From assembly GCA_040400605.1 (NCBI GenBank), contig JBBAPZ010000006.1, positions 73,485 to 137,484 of the forward strand: 64,000 bases of DNA, given 5' to 3'. Shown here in pieces: positions 20,324-30,924 of the stretch (position 1 is the stretch's first letter; the number at the start of each line of letters is the position of its first letter). The DNA is from Candidatus Sericytochromatia bacterium (GTDB taxonomy: Bacteria; Cyanobacteriota; Sericytochromatia; S15B-MN24; JAQBPE01). Made by a program: the position numbers and the translations under genes. The notes under the pieces were generated by a model. That model made no database searches, was not told the DNA's origin, and saw only the letters and a program-made list of their open reading frames with translations.

Positions 20324-20876
20324 TCGCTTACCTCCTGGCTAACGTCTCACGGGCTCTACGCCAAAGGTGTTCAGTTTGAGTTGTCCCCAAACACGCCGCT
20401 ACAACCGATGCGCTAAGCAACATGCGCATCCTAAAAATCACAGCCGCCAGGAGCATCACCAATCCAAACAGCGTTTTCTGGGCGCCTTGTCCCCTGACCA
20501 CTCCCTTCAGGCCGCCTCGACGGCCATGCCGACAAGAAAACGGTGGAATCGTTGTTAAAAATCAGCAATTGTCTTCAAATAATCGACGCCCAAGCCCACG
20601 TCACAAAACTGCGATAACCAAAGCGACCGGGCCAATACGGAAATTGGGCCTTTCCGCAACAAATGTCTGGCCACCCCCCGGGCGTCACAAATTGGTCGGT
20701 ATCTCGGGCTTGCGATACCCCAAATGGGAATCACTTTTGGCCGCTTGCCTATTGCTGCCTGGCTCACCCAAAACGCGACTCACCCCGCAACACGTGCCGT
20801 GTTAGAATCATTGGGGGGTCATTTGCCGTGAGGCCGGTCAAACACAATTGAACCGCCAGGGCTTGGGGAAAATCGC

Positions 20877-21809
20877 ATGGAATCAACCGTCTTAACCATC
20901 CCGATACTGGAACGCCATCAAGCGTTGACCGATTGGGTGCGATGTCAACAGTCCGCGGGCCACACCATCGCACTGGTACCAACCATGGGCGCTTTGCACG
21001 TCGGTCATCTGGCCCTCATCCAGTACGCCAAGACCTGCGCGAGCCAAGTTTTGGTGTCGGTTTTTGTAAACCCCACACAATTCGGTGCTAACGAAGATTT
21101 TAACCAGTATCCCCGTCAACTCGAACGTGATGTCACGGTCATGACGCAAGCGGGTGCCGATGCCTGTTTCGCACCAAGTGTGTTAGACATATATCCAAAC
21201 GGCATCGAGAACACGACACGTGTCAAGCCCCCCGCCTCTTTGACCGACACCTTATGTGGTGCCCATCGACCGGGGCATTTCGAAGGGGTGGCAACCGTAG
21301 TGACCAAATTGTTGGTGATGACCGATGCAGATGTTGCAGTGTTTGGTTTGAAAGACTTTCAGCAGGTGGCGGTCATCAAGGCCTTGTGCCAAGATCTTGG
21401 TTTATCAACCGATTTGGCACTGTATCCGACGGTTCGTGACCCGGACGGCGTCGCCCTGTCGTCGCGCAACCGGTATCTATCCGCGCACGAGCGGCAACTC
21501 GCAGCGGTTATCCCGCTCGTACTGTCAAACGCCTGGCAGGAGTTTCGTTCAGGCATTGGCCAGGCCAAGGTATTGTTGGCAAACGTTCACGCCATACTGG
21601 ATCAGTATTCGGATGTCAGGGTCCAATACGTGTCACTGGTCGATGCGGACACCTTGCAAAGTGTCGAGTTCATCAACGACAACACCGTTATGGCGATCGC
21701 CCTGTTCATCGGCACAACCCGCCTGATTGACAATCTCCGCCTCGGTGAGGCATTGCCTGACACCTTCATTCAGTATCAAACCACAGCCGCAAGGACCACC
21801 GCCTCATGA
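20877..21809 (+). CDS. panC: Pantoate-beta-alanine ligase
   Basis: VPTMGALHVGH, SVFVNPTQF, RPGHFEGV, FGLKDFQQ, LSSRN, TRLIDN. Confidence 0.97.
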   Translation: MESTVLTIPILERHQALTDWVRCQQSAGHTIALVPTMGALHVGHLALIQYAKTCASQVLVSVFVNPTQFGANEDFNQYPRQLERDVTVMTQAGADACFAPSVLDIYPNGIENTTRVKPPASLTDTLCGAHRPGHFEGVATVVTKLLVMTDADVAVFGLKDFQQVAVIKALCQDLGLSTDLALYPTVRDPDGVALSSRNRYLSAHERQLAAVIPLVLSNAWQEFRSGIGQAKVLLANVHAILDQYSDVRVQYVSLVDADTLQSVEFINDNTVMAIALFIGTTRLIDNLRLGEALPDTFIQYQTTAARTTAS

Positions 21810-22543
21810 ATGACCCGGTCACGATTCATCGCAACATCGATGCGCTCAAAAAACTGATCATCGCGATCGACGGACCTGCTGGTGCCGGCAAGAGCACCGT
21901 AGCCCAAAAGGTGGCCCAGCACCTATCGTATCTGTATATCGATACCGGCGCGATGTATCGCGGCATCACGTGGAAGGCCTTACGCGAAGGGATTGATTGG
22001 AGCGACACCGCAGGCATCGCTGAACTGGCCGCACGAACCACCATTGCACTGTTGGCACCCACGGATCCCACTGACAAACAGCGTGTCTGGGTTGATCAGC
22101 AAGACGTCACGGTTGAAATACGCCTGCCAGAGGTCTCTCAACACGTCTCACAAGTCGCTGCCATTCCTGCGGTCCGCCAAATCCTGACCGCACAGCAGCA
22201 AGCCCTGGGCGCCAACGGCGGTGTTGTGATGGACGGCCGTGACATCGGTACGGCGGTGTTTCCCCAAGCTGATCTTAAAATTTACCTCACCGCCTCGACC
22301 CGCGAACGAACCCGACGCCGCTTTGAGGAACTTAGCGCCCAAGGACTGGCCGTCGACTTTGAGGCGCTTGAAATGGCGATCACCAAACGGGACGAAGCGG
22401 ACGCCGCACGCGACGTCGCCCCCTTGCAAGTTGCCTCAGACGCCATCATCATTGACTCCGACGACCACGGCATCGATAGCGTCGTCGCGATGGTCTTGCA
22501 TCAGGTTGAATCAATCCAATGTTCGGAAGCTGCGGCTTCCTGA
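21806..22543 (+). CDS. cmk: Cytidylate kinase
   Basis: IAIDGPAGAGKST, IDTGAMYR, MDGRDIGT; ATGA overlap with panC; own AAGGA RBS. Confidence 0.97.
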   Translation: MNDPVTIHRNIDALKKLIIAIDGPAGAGKSTVAQKVAQHLSYLYIDTGAMYRGITWKALREGIDWSDTAGIAELAARTTIALLAPTDPTDKQRVWVDQQDVTVEIRLPEVSQHVSQVAAIPAVRQILTAQQQALGANGGVVMDGRDIGTAVFPQADLKIYLTASTRERTRRRFEELSAQGLAVDFEALEMAITKRDEADAARDVAPLQVASDAIIIDSDDHGIDSVVAMVLHQVESIQCSEAAAS

Positions 22544-22928
22544 GTCCGCCGACAAGTATCTGGCGGCGCATACTCTACACTGGTAAATGCACGCCAATCA
22601 CGCGGTGCTATACAGAAACGGGTTGAATGGTGGTCACGTTTTGACTGCTGTTCAGAAACAGCGAGTCAGTGCCTCACGTTTTAATCTTGCTGCTTGAGTT
22701 TTGAACAAAAACCTGTGCGTCGCTGTAAAATCGCAGGAATCAAGCGTGCAAGATCCTGCAATATCAACACGATGCGGATTCTCAGGATCCTTGCGATACA
22801 AATTCCTATCAGTCAGGGATCAACTGGAATCATCTGACGTGACGGGCGATTGACGCAGGCTCACGTTTAAAGTGCTCAAATGGCTCTTGAGCAATCAGAA
22901 TCTGTATAACAGGGGCATGCAATCGTGT

Positions 22929-23657
22929 TTACACACGGTCGACATGATGCGACGCTAAAACAGCATGACGCGTCACCTTTGCACGCCTGAGTACCTGTTC
23001 GCGGTGGCGATACCCCACCTGTCGCACGATAACAGGTGTCCCTGGCTCGATTGCCTCGATGTCAGAGGTCAACCCGTGCAAATACGGGTCAAAACCCACC
23101 GATTCACCCGGTACACCAATCTGAAACAAGGCCTGATCACTCAGCCATTCTGCCAAAGGCTGCCACAAGACCAAAATGTCCTCAACCGACAAAGTCTGCC
23201 CCTGTGCGTGCACGTGCACGACAAGTGGCCACTGCAGCAACAAGGGCTCGAGTGTGCGGTACCCGGATCGCACCCAGATATCCCGCGCGGACGTAGCCAC
23301 TGGCCCGTCCGTGGACCCACCGTGTGTCCCAATGGTTTGGTTTCGTTCAGGCGCATCCGCAAAGCCCGGTTGGGCGATCGCCTGATCGATCGCTGTCTCG
23401 ATGCGGACTCGCTGGGGGAACAAGCCAACGGAAGCACGCAGCGGCGCAAGGGTCCAGTCGGCAATCTGATCGAACATGCCAAGAACCACACGGTGTCTCA
23501 AGGGGGTTTGCGAATCACCGTGCCACTGATGATGCCAATCCAGCATGGCAAGCCTTCTTTCTGGAATACCGACCGCGTCGTGAGCCCAAAAAGGCTGCGG
23601 ATGGGCGCGAGGCGGCCGTATACAGGGTGGTAGATGAACGAGGAGCAATCGGGACAC
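22929..23657 (-). CDS. GrpE-like protein (atypical)
   Basis: C-terminal GESVGFDPYLH...PGTPVIVRQVGY...LRRAKV GrpE head; start uncertain. Confidence 0.7.
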   Translation of the reverse strand: MSRLLLVHLPPCIRPPRAHPQPFWAHDAVGIPERRLAMLDWHHQWHGDSQTPLRHRVVLGMFDQIADWTLAPLRASVGLFPQRVRIETAIDQAIAQPGFADAPERNQTIGTHGGSTDGPVATSARDIWVRSGYRTLEPLLLQWPLVVHVHAQGQTLSVEDILVLWQPLAEWLSDQALFQIGVPGESVGFDPYLHGLTSDIEAIEPGTPVIVRQVGYRHREQVLRRAKVTRHAVLASHHVDRV

Positions 23658-23704
23658 TGCACGTCAGCACTGGTGGACCGCCCGGCGTTGACTTGAACCG
23701 CGCG

Positions 23705-25312
23705 TTAGCGCAGCGCGACGACGGGTGTGTCATCAATTAAACAACGTCCTGTCAACAAGTCCTGTACGTGCAGCCGTAAATGCCGGTTCTCATCCACCCA
23801 AAATCTTACCAAGATGCGATCCAAGCCCGGTTGCCCAGGTGGATCCAACACCGCGATCGTCTTGGCCCCTTCGGAATCATTTAAGGGAACCACCCGCCCT
23901 GACACACCGTGAAGTCGGACGGCAGACACTTGCTGATCGCGAATCGTCACTTCAAAAGGACCCTCGAGACCATCATCAATCTCCCCAATCACCAATTCCA
24001 TGTGGCGTTGATTCCGCTTGGAAGCCCGCAATACCAGTTCCACCGGTTTGTCGCTCGGGAAACGGTGTCCCTGCTCAAAAAGACGTTCATACCGGTGCAA
24101 CTGCCGACGCGGATCCCAATAACGAACCCCATAAGCGTGATACAACCCATCAGCCAGACAGTCTTGCCCCGGCACCAACAAGGCCCCTCGAACCACCGCG
24201 TCAAACGGCCGATCACACATCACCTGATGAGCCGCAAAATTTTGACGGACCGCCCGCTGAATGCCAGGAATCAATGTGGTACCTCCAACCAGAACCACCG
24301 CATCAATGGCGTCACGCGCAACACCTTTTTCCGCAGCGCGTCGCAAGGTCTTTTCAAGCAGCGTCTGAATCGAATGAAACACATTATGTTCAAGCAACAG
24401 CGCTTCAAAATCATCCCGTGTGTAACGCGTCCGGAATGACTTGAGCGTGCCTGCGCAAAAATAAACAAATTCCGCTTCATAAAGGGTTGAAAGCCTTACC
24501 TTCACCCGTTCCGCAAGTTCCAGCAACAGTGCCCGATCGTCACCAATCGTGACACTGGACAAACCATGACGTTTCAAAAAATCGTCCACCAGCCACTGGT
24601 CGAGATCACAGCCACCCAACAACGCCCCGTCTTTAACAATCACCTCAGACAGGCCCTGTTCATTCAAAAACGACTCAGCCCCGGACGCCACAACGACACC
24701 ACGCGCATCGGATGAAAAACGCACCAAAGCCAAATCTAAAGTGCCGCCACCAAAATCGACCATCAACACATACGCCCCTGCTCTTGAAACCCCACAGCCC
24801 CAAGCCGCTGCAGTGGGCTCGTCAATCACCCTCAGGCGTGTCACGCCCGCGTCGATCGCAACCTGGCGCAATAGACACAGATAAGCTTCGAACGCCTGAA
24901 CCGGTGCGGTGATAATCAATTCATCAATCGGCGTATACTCCGCTTGCAGGCGTCTTAACAACGCCAGTAAATACTGGCCCAATACCCAGGCTGAATCAAC
25001 CGCCATGCCATCCACCACCGGCACAAACGCGTGAACCGCAGACACAACGGTCCTTTTGAAAGTACGAAAAAACCGCGGGTCACGCGTGTTGGAACCGACC
25101 CGGTCGAGGGCGGGCTGCCCAACCAAACACACGCGCTGTGACGCATTCTCAAGATACAACACGGAAGGAATCAACGAGCCGTTGAAACCCTCCGGCTGAA
25201 ATACCCCTGCCAGTTCAGACACATTCACGGGGACCACATCCTGACCACTGGAGTCAGCCCGCGCGATCACCGTCTGACAGGTTCCCAAATCGATCGCCAG
25301 TCGCCCCATCAC
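23705..25312 (-). CDS. Atypical Hsp70-family ATPase
   Basis: AIDLGT, IDEPTAAA, VDFGGGTLD, LVGGTT; 535 aa, lacks the DnaK lid. Confidence 0.9.
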   Translation of the reverse strand: MMGRLAIDLGTCQTVIARADSSGQDVVPVNVSELAGVFQPEGFNGSLIPSVLYLENASQRVCLVGQPALDRVGSNTRDPRFFRTFKRTVVSAVHAFVPVVDGMAVDSAWVLGQYLLALLRRLQAEYTPIDELIITAPVQAFEAYLCLLRQVAIDAGVTRLRVIDEPTAAAWGCGVSRAGAYVLMVDFGGGTLDLALVRFSSDARGVVVASGAESFLNEQGLSEVIVKDGALLGGCDLDQWLVDDFLKRHGLSSVTIGDDRALLLELAERVKVRLSTLYEAEFVYFCAGTLKSFRTRYTRDDFEALLLEHNVFHSIQTLLEKTLRRAAEKGVARDAIDAVVLVGGTTLIPGIQRAVRQNFAAHQVMCDRPFDAVVRGALLVPGQDCLADGLYHAYGVRYWDPRRQLHRYERLFEQGHRFPSDKPVELVLRASKRNQRHMELVIGEIDDGLEGPFEVTIRDQQVSAVRLHGVSGRVVPLNDSEGAKTIAVLDPPGQPGLDRILVRFWVDENRHLRLHVQDLLTGRCLIDDTPVVALR

Positions 25313-25376
25313 GACACTCGCAACCCAAAATGGCCCAGCGCGTGTCCCATTGCCACGCTCAAACCCAAACGAACCA

Positions 25377-25991
25377 TCAAGGAACCGGCAAACCCAAACA
25401 TTCCTTCACCTCGACCTCAATCGCAAAGCGTACCCGATCCCGCTCTTCCTTGGTACGCGCCGCCTTCAAGCGCCCGCGATAAGCCGCCTCAATCTGTCGC
25501 CTGGTCGCAACCATCTGTCGCAAAGAATCCAGGACATACGGCCAAGAAACCTGAAGCGACACATCATTCAACACAATCGCGGGCGGCGGATAAAAACCAA
25601 TCCCGACATCATCGGACCCGACGATGTGGCCGACGGGCCCTGCCACCCAACGATTTGCGCGTTGTTTGACAAACGCCAGCAACCATTGATCCTTGACAAA
25701 AGCTGGCGGCATCTGAAATCGCCCCTGCTGGTGCGCTCCAACAAAGTGAATCGCAAGCTTGGGCGCAGCCGCCGTGCCCAGAAACGCCTCAGTGACCTCC
25801 ACATTCACTCGCGTCACCGCAGTTTTGGGATCAGGCCAGCAATCATCGCGAACACGGCCTAAAACAACCAGTTGCGCCGACTTCGCCTCCAGGTTGAGCC
25901 AGCCGATCAAAGGCATGACCAAAGGCTCAGCATTCACACCAACCGCAACCAAGCCCCAAATCACTAAACCAACCAAACAACGTCGCCACAT
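25377..25991 (-). CDS. Hypothetical exported protein
   Basis: Signal peptide MWRRCLVGLVIWGLVAVGVNA; co-oriented with neighbours. Confidence 0.65.
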   Translation of the reverse strand: MWRRCLVGLVIWGLVAVGVNAEPLVMPLIGWLNLEAKSAQLVVLGRVRDDCWPDPKTAVTRVNVEVTEAFLGTAAAPKLAIHFVGAHQQGRFQMPPAFVKDQWLLAFVKQRANRWVAGPVGHIVGSDDVGIGFYPPPAIVLNDVSLQVSWPYVLDSLRQMVATRRQIEAAYRGRLKAARTKEERDRVRFAIEVEVKECLGLPVP

Positions 25992-26199
25992 ACTCCCATA
26001 CTACCCGACACCATTCGTTCAATAACGATACTCGAAACACCGAATAGTCCGATCAGACACCCCGGACCACCGCTCGATGTCAGCGCGATCAGACTTTTTC
26101 GAACCACGCCGGTTCGCATGTTGAGACACAACTTTAGCTGCGCGCACGTTTTGACATTCGACGGCACAACCATTCAGGCGTTGACTCCCCTGCGACACT

Positions 26200-26223
26200 A
26201 AAAAGCCCCCCACCTTGGGGGGC
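26200..26223 (-). terminator. Terminator after the Gld-like ABC operon
   Basis: GCCCCCCA-CCT-TGGGGGGC with T5 on the minus strand. Confidence 0.75.
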
Positions 26224-26245
26224 GAATGTACAGTCTGCGTTGTTA

Positions 26246-26989
26246 TCAGGACGCAACGGGGGTTGGCGATGAGACTGGCGACACGGTTGCACTGGGCGAA
26301 GGCGTTGCCGAAGGTGTTGGTGTCTCAAGCGGCGCCTGTGATGGGGAAGCGACCGAATCAACCGATGCCGGAACAGCGCGACGGCCCCTGCGACGGCCAG
26401 GAACGCTCTTCGGCGCGACCGAAGGCGCAACAGATGGTGACGCACTGGGACTCGGCAATGCCACCAACGGTGGTGTCAAGCCCAATGCGCGCCAGCCATC
26501 TACCCTGAAACTCGCAATCGCATACACTGCATCATCTTTGAAGGAATGAGCGTAATACGCATCTCCAATCGCATTTTTTTGGCCCAGTTCGAGCTTATAC
26601 GGCGACTTGGCATCACCGAGGGTCAGCACAAAAGAAGGCTTATCCAAACCATACTTACCTAATTCGGCCAAACCATCCTGAACTTTTCGCGTTGCCATCA
26701 AATTGCGGTAATTGTTGTAAGCCGCATTGAACGTCGCACTGTCGACATCACGTTTCGGTTCGGTTGACAATCGCCACTGGACACCGTCGTACTCATAAAC
26801 AGCGGTCTTGCCATCCACGTTGACCTCGAAGCGCTTCAGTGCCGTTGCCGCGGCATCCGACATGCTCCAGACCTCGACATCCGTCGTCTCGCCTTTAAGC
26901 TCGCGCTTGGACTCGACAAAATAGGCATACCCAACCAAGATGATTGCCGCTGCGAGCAGCCCCAAAGTCATTTGCTGACGTGCACGCAT
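26246..26989 (-). CDS. DUF4340-like periplasmic protein
   Basis: N-terminal TM, YGLDKP motif, LGQKNAIGDAYY, Pro/Ser tail; usual position after gldG. Confidence 0.8.
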   Translation of the reverse strand: MRARQQMTLGLLAAAIILVGYAYFVESKRELKGETTDVEVWSMSDAAATALKRFEVNVDGKTAVYEYDGVQWRLSTEPKRDVDSATFNAAYNNYRNLMATRKVQDGLAELGKYGLDKPSFVLTLGDAKSPYKLELGQKNAIGDAYYAHSFKDDAVYAIASFRVDGWRALGLTPPLVALPSPSASPSVAPSVAPKSVPGRRRGRRAVPASVDSVASPSQAPLETPTPSATPSPSATVSPVSSPTPVAS

Positions 26990-26991
26990 GC

Positions 26992-28605
26992 TTATCTCCT
27001 CCGATACCAGACATAGCCCGCCAATGACAGCAGGAACAAGGGGAACACCAAAACACTACTGAACATGATCATCTGGAACTGCCACGGGGTAAAATTGATG
27101 TTCTTGCTGCTCATGTCCTTGGGCGGGATGGAGACCAGACTTTCCTCGTCAGCCATCCAGTTGAGTGAATTCAAGAAAAGGTCCCCGTTGTTGAGATCAC
27201 TGAAACACTGATTGCTCAAGAAACTGGAGTTCCCTGCAACGATCAGGCGCCCTTTGCCCTTTTCAGCCAACATCATGATCGGCAAAGGCCCCTTCTTGTC
27301 CTTGGCAGCATCGAACTGGGGACGGCGTTCCATCAGGTTCGTTTCACCCCACGACTCCGCTGACGTTTCAACCAAGGGCGTCACATTGGTCACACCGGTT
27401 GGCAATGCCGCCGCCTTACCCAAGGAACGTGCCGACAGGAAATACGTCACACCCAAGCCCTGCGTGACGGTGTGGTAAGGAAACTTTGTAATCACAGGCG
27501 CTGCCATGTTGCCTTGCACATTGTTTCTGATGCCGGGCTCAAGCACGAGATCATCACGAACCTCAATGCCATAGTTCTTCACCATGTCACCCAATCCGGC
27601 ATTCGTCGCCGGATGCAGCGAGACAAACACGCGACCACCATTGTCAACATAGTTCTGCAAAGCGACCAACTCTTTTAGCGGCAACGGCTTGGTAGGCCCG
27701 GCAACAACTACCAACGCAGCGTCTGAAGGCACTTGGGCCCGGGAATACAGGGTTAATGAATCCGTCTTGTAGTTTTGTTTGGTCAAGGCATCCTTGGCAT
27801 TACTCAACCCGAACCGGGTGTCGTAACTGTCCAAGGACATTTCACCGTGCCCGGTCAAAAAGTAAATGACCTTTTGGCCGGATTGCGTGACTTTCAACAA
27901 GGCTGACGTGAGATCTTGTTCCTGAGAAGCCGTGATGGTCGTCTTGCGGGTGCCCCGTTGCAGCACGCTGGTTCCATAGGCCGTGACGTTTTCAGCGCGC
28001 GCAATTGCCGGTTCACGGTCCGCATCAATGACATCCAATGTCAGGCGATCGCCCGCTTCATACTTGTATTCGTTCCACAAAGTCTTCAAATTCGTCGAAT
28101 AACTGTCCCCGGATTTGATGAACAACGTCACCTTGACCGGCTCTTTCAAGTTCTTGAGGATCTTTTTGGTCTGTTCAGACAAACTGTATTGCTTATCCTT
28201 GGTCACATCCCAATGCAACGGGTGTCTCACACCGATATAGTTCAATGCACCAAGAATTCCGATGAAGGCCAAAATCTGGACCGCTCCGGTCATGCCGCTC
28301 ACCGCGTGACGATGACGGAAAGCCTTCACAATCTGCTTTTCATAAATGAGCGCCGTCGTCAGGACATACAGCACCATAAATACATAACCGGCATTGCGAA
28401 TCCAACCCGTGGCACTGACCCAAAACACAGGCAGATTCCCAGCCCATTTCCACTGCAGGCCCGGTACCGTGAACGGCGCAGCCAAGAAACCCAGCAACAG
28501 AGCGACAACCAAACACACGATCGCAAGCAACCCGAAATACAGATTACTCTTGTCGAGGGCGGGTGGTACCCGCGTCTCATCCAACTGCGACTTTTCTTTA
28601 TCCAT
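26992..28605 (-). CDS. GldG-like ABC auxiliary component
   Basis: WDVTKDKQYSLSEQT, IYFLTGHGE, NGDLFLNSLNW, C-terminal TM plus WYRRR. Confidence 0.9.
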   Translation of the reverse strand: MDKEKSQLDETRVPPALDKSNLYFGLLAIVCLVVALLLGFLAAPFTVPGLQWKWAGNLPVFWVSATGWIRNAGYVFMVLYVLTTALIYEKQIVKAFRHRHAVSGMTGAVQILAFIGILGALNYIGVRHPLHWDVTKDKQYSLSEQTKKILKNLKEPVKVTLFIKSGDSYSTNLKTLWNEYKYEAGDRLTLDVIDADREPAIARAENVTAYGTSVLQRGTRKTTITASQEQDLTSALLKVTQSGQKVIYFLTGHGEMSLDSYDTRFGLSNAKDALTKQNYKTDSLTLYSRAQVPSDAALVVVAGPTKPLPLKELVALQNYVDNGGRVFVSLHPATNAGLGDMVKNYGIEVRDDLVLEPGIRNNVQGNMAAPVITKFPYHTVTQGLGVTYFLSARSLGKAAALPTGVTNVTPLVETSAESWGETNLMERRPQFDAAKDKKGPLPIMMLAEKGKGRLIVAGNSSFLSNQCFSDLNNGDLFLNSLNWMADEESLVSIPPKDMSSKNINFTPWQFQMIMFSSVLVFPLFLLSLAGYVWYRRR

Positions 28606-28675
28606 AGCAACCAATCTCCTATCAGGGCTCTCACCCAGTTTCTCAAGTCAAGCTCAAAAACAAGTGAGACTTATC

Positions 28676-29386
28676 CTAACGCCAGTGATAGGTCTCGACC
28701 GAACGCACCGTCAAAAACAGCGATACCACAATGAAGCTGAGGTAGAAAATCAGATCCGAACTCTCGATAATGCCACGCCCAAGCTTATCTTGGTGGTTCA
28801 TCACCGACAAATAAGTCAAGACGTCCCCGGCCGTGCCACCAAAGACCTGACCGGCTGAAGGCAACAACCAGAGCAACAAAGACACGGCAAAACTGACCAT
28901 TGCTGCGATGATCATGTTGGATGTCAACGAACTGGCCCATAAGCCGACCGCCAAGAATGACGCACCAAGCAAAAATGACCCGAGGTAGCCGGTAAACAGC
29001 ATGCCCCAGTCAAGCGACGTAGTAAGACAAAGTCCGAGCGGAAAGACCAAGGTCAGGGCCATCAGAAACATCAAGTAGCCCAAGGCTGACAAATATTTGC
29101 CCAAGACCAGGTCGTGATCACGAATCGGTGAGGTCAAGAGCAGTTCAATTGTGCCTGTTTTGCGTTCTTCCGCGATGAGCCTCATGGTCAAAGCAGGCAC
29201 AATCAGCAAGAACATCACGGCCATGTTTTGAAACAGCGGTTGGAAGTTTGCCTGGCGGGTGTGATAGATAATGAGCGAAAACAAGTAGCCTACGATCGCA
29301 ATGAACATCGCCGCGATGACATACGCCAAAGGCGAGGCAAAATAGGCTCGAAACTCGCGCTCGGCGATCGCCATAATCTTAGACAT
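28676..29386 (-). CDS. ABC-2 permease (GldF-like)
   Basis: REFRAYFASPLAY, AEERKTGTIELLLTSP, six TM segments. Confidence 0.92.
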   Translation of the reverse strand: MSKIMAIAEREFRAYFASPLAYVIAAMFIAIVGYLFSLIIYHTRQANFQPLFQNMAVMFLLIVPALTMRLIAEERKTGTIELLLTSPIRDHDLVLGKYLSALGYLMFLMALTLVFPLGLCLTTSLDWGMLFTGYLGSFLLGASFLAVGLWASSLTSNMIIAAMVSFAVSLLLWLLPSAGQVFGGTAGDVLTYLSVMNHQDKLGRGIIESSDLIFYLSFIVVSLFLTVRSVETYHWR

Positions 29387-30353
29387 GATGCACCTCCTTG
29401 ACCGCGGCATCGTCTGACGCACCACTCGTCAATTTCAAGAAAATATCTTCCAGTGACAGGTTGATGCTCTTCATCTCAACCAGATTCCAACCCGCGCCGA
29501 CGACCAAACTGGCCACTTTTTCACGAAGATCCGACTCACCTCGACTGGTTAACTCAACCAGGACGAGATCCACTTTCTCCGGGTGAGCGCTCACCTGGAG
29601 ATCACTGACGCCCGGCAATTCCAGCAAACGCGCCTTCACTTCGGTCATCGGACCACGAACCGTCACAGACAGGCGTTCGCCACCTTGCAAACGTTCTTCG
29701 AGGTCTTCGGGCTTGCCCTCCGCCACGACGCGCCCTTGGTTGATAATCAACACGCGGGAGCACGTATTCTGAACTTCCTGCAAAATATGCGTGGACAAAA
29801 TAATCGTGTGGTTCACCGACAATTCTTTGATCAACGCACGAATCTGAATGATCTGACCCGGGTCTAAACCACTGGTCGGCTCATCAAGAATCAAAACCGG
29901 CGGATTGTGGATCAAAGCTTGCGCGATGCCGACGCGTTGCCGATACCCTTTCGACAGTTGACCAATCACCTGATTGGCGCGATCCCGCAAAAAACACTTC
30001 TCCAAAACAAAATTCAACCGCTCCTTGCGAACCTTGCGGTCCAGACCCTTCAGCTTCGCAACGAAGTTTAAATAATCCGACACCGTCATTTCCGGATACA
30101 CCGGCGGAAGCTCCGGCAAATACCCGAGCAAGGCCTTCGCCGCCAAGGTGTCTTCAGCCATGTCATGGCCACCAATTTCAACAGTGCCCGAGGTCGGACT
30201 CAAAAAACCGGTCAACATCCGCATCGTCGTGGACTTGCCAGCACCATTAGGCCCCAAAAAGCCAATAACTTCACCTGCGTCGACCCGGAAACTGACATCA
30301 TTGACCGCCGTGCGATCGCCGTAGCGTTTGATCAGATTTTTGACAACTATCAT
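29379..30353 (-). CDS. ABC ATP-binding protein (GldA-like)
   Basis: GPNGAGKST, LSKGYRQR, ILDEPT, STH. Confidence 0.95.
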   Translation of the reverse strand: MIVVKNLIKRYGDRTAVNDVSFRVDAGEVIGFLGPNGAGKSTTMRMLTGFLSPTSGTVEIGGHDMAEDTLAAKALLGYLPELPPVYPEMTVSDYLNFVAKLKGLDRKVRKERLNFVLEKCFLRDRANQVIGQLSKGYRQRVGIAQALIHNPPVLILDEPTSGLDPGQIIQIRALIKELSVNHTIILSTHILQEVQNTCSRVLIINQGRVVAEGKPEDLEERLQGGERLSVTVRGPMTEVKARLLELPGVSDLQVSAHPEKVDLVLVELTSRGESDLREKVASLVVGAGWNLVEMKSINLSLEDIFLKLTSGASDDAAVKEVHHV

Positions 30354-30924
30354 GGGCGTCTCCACTTCTTCATGCCTCGGTTCTCCCTTACTTTTCAAGC
30401 CGTCACAAACGTATCTTTGCAACGTCCGACAACGAAGGCACGCAGGCTCTTGACCAATTCGTGCACCATCAACGGATGGCCGTCTGGTATTTTACCAAAC
30501 CTTCAAGGAAATATTACAGGTGCACGAAAAACGAAAAAACACTTCAACCTTCAAAGGCACATCGCACGCAAAGAAGCGCGACGCCATCCACCAAGCGACG
30601 CGGCCTGATTCAGCGCTTCAAACTGCCAATCAAGCCCGCCTGCGACAGTTTAATCCCAGGAAATCATCACCCGATCGATTGAAACGATTCGATGGGCACG
30701 ACGGTTGGTCTTCATTTGCACGTGACGTAAATTTACACAATCACGGTAAGGATTTTCCAGAAACGTTTCGATTTATTGACCCGCCGAGCACGTGTCAAGC
30801 GCTTGGTGTGATCACCCTGCATCAATGCCCAAAGTCACTCGACGTGCAACCTATCCGTGACATTGTCAGTCTGCGTGAGACGAACTTGTCGAGCCAACAG
30901 CCGTTCAAAATGCCGTCAAGGCCC

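Noticed and set aside
22873..22891. GCTCAA-N7-TTGAGC as a HAIR operator
   Set aside because: Arms are in the reverse orientation to HAIR and it lies between convergent gene ends; more likely a weak hairpin.
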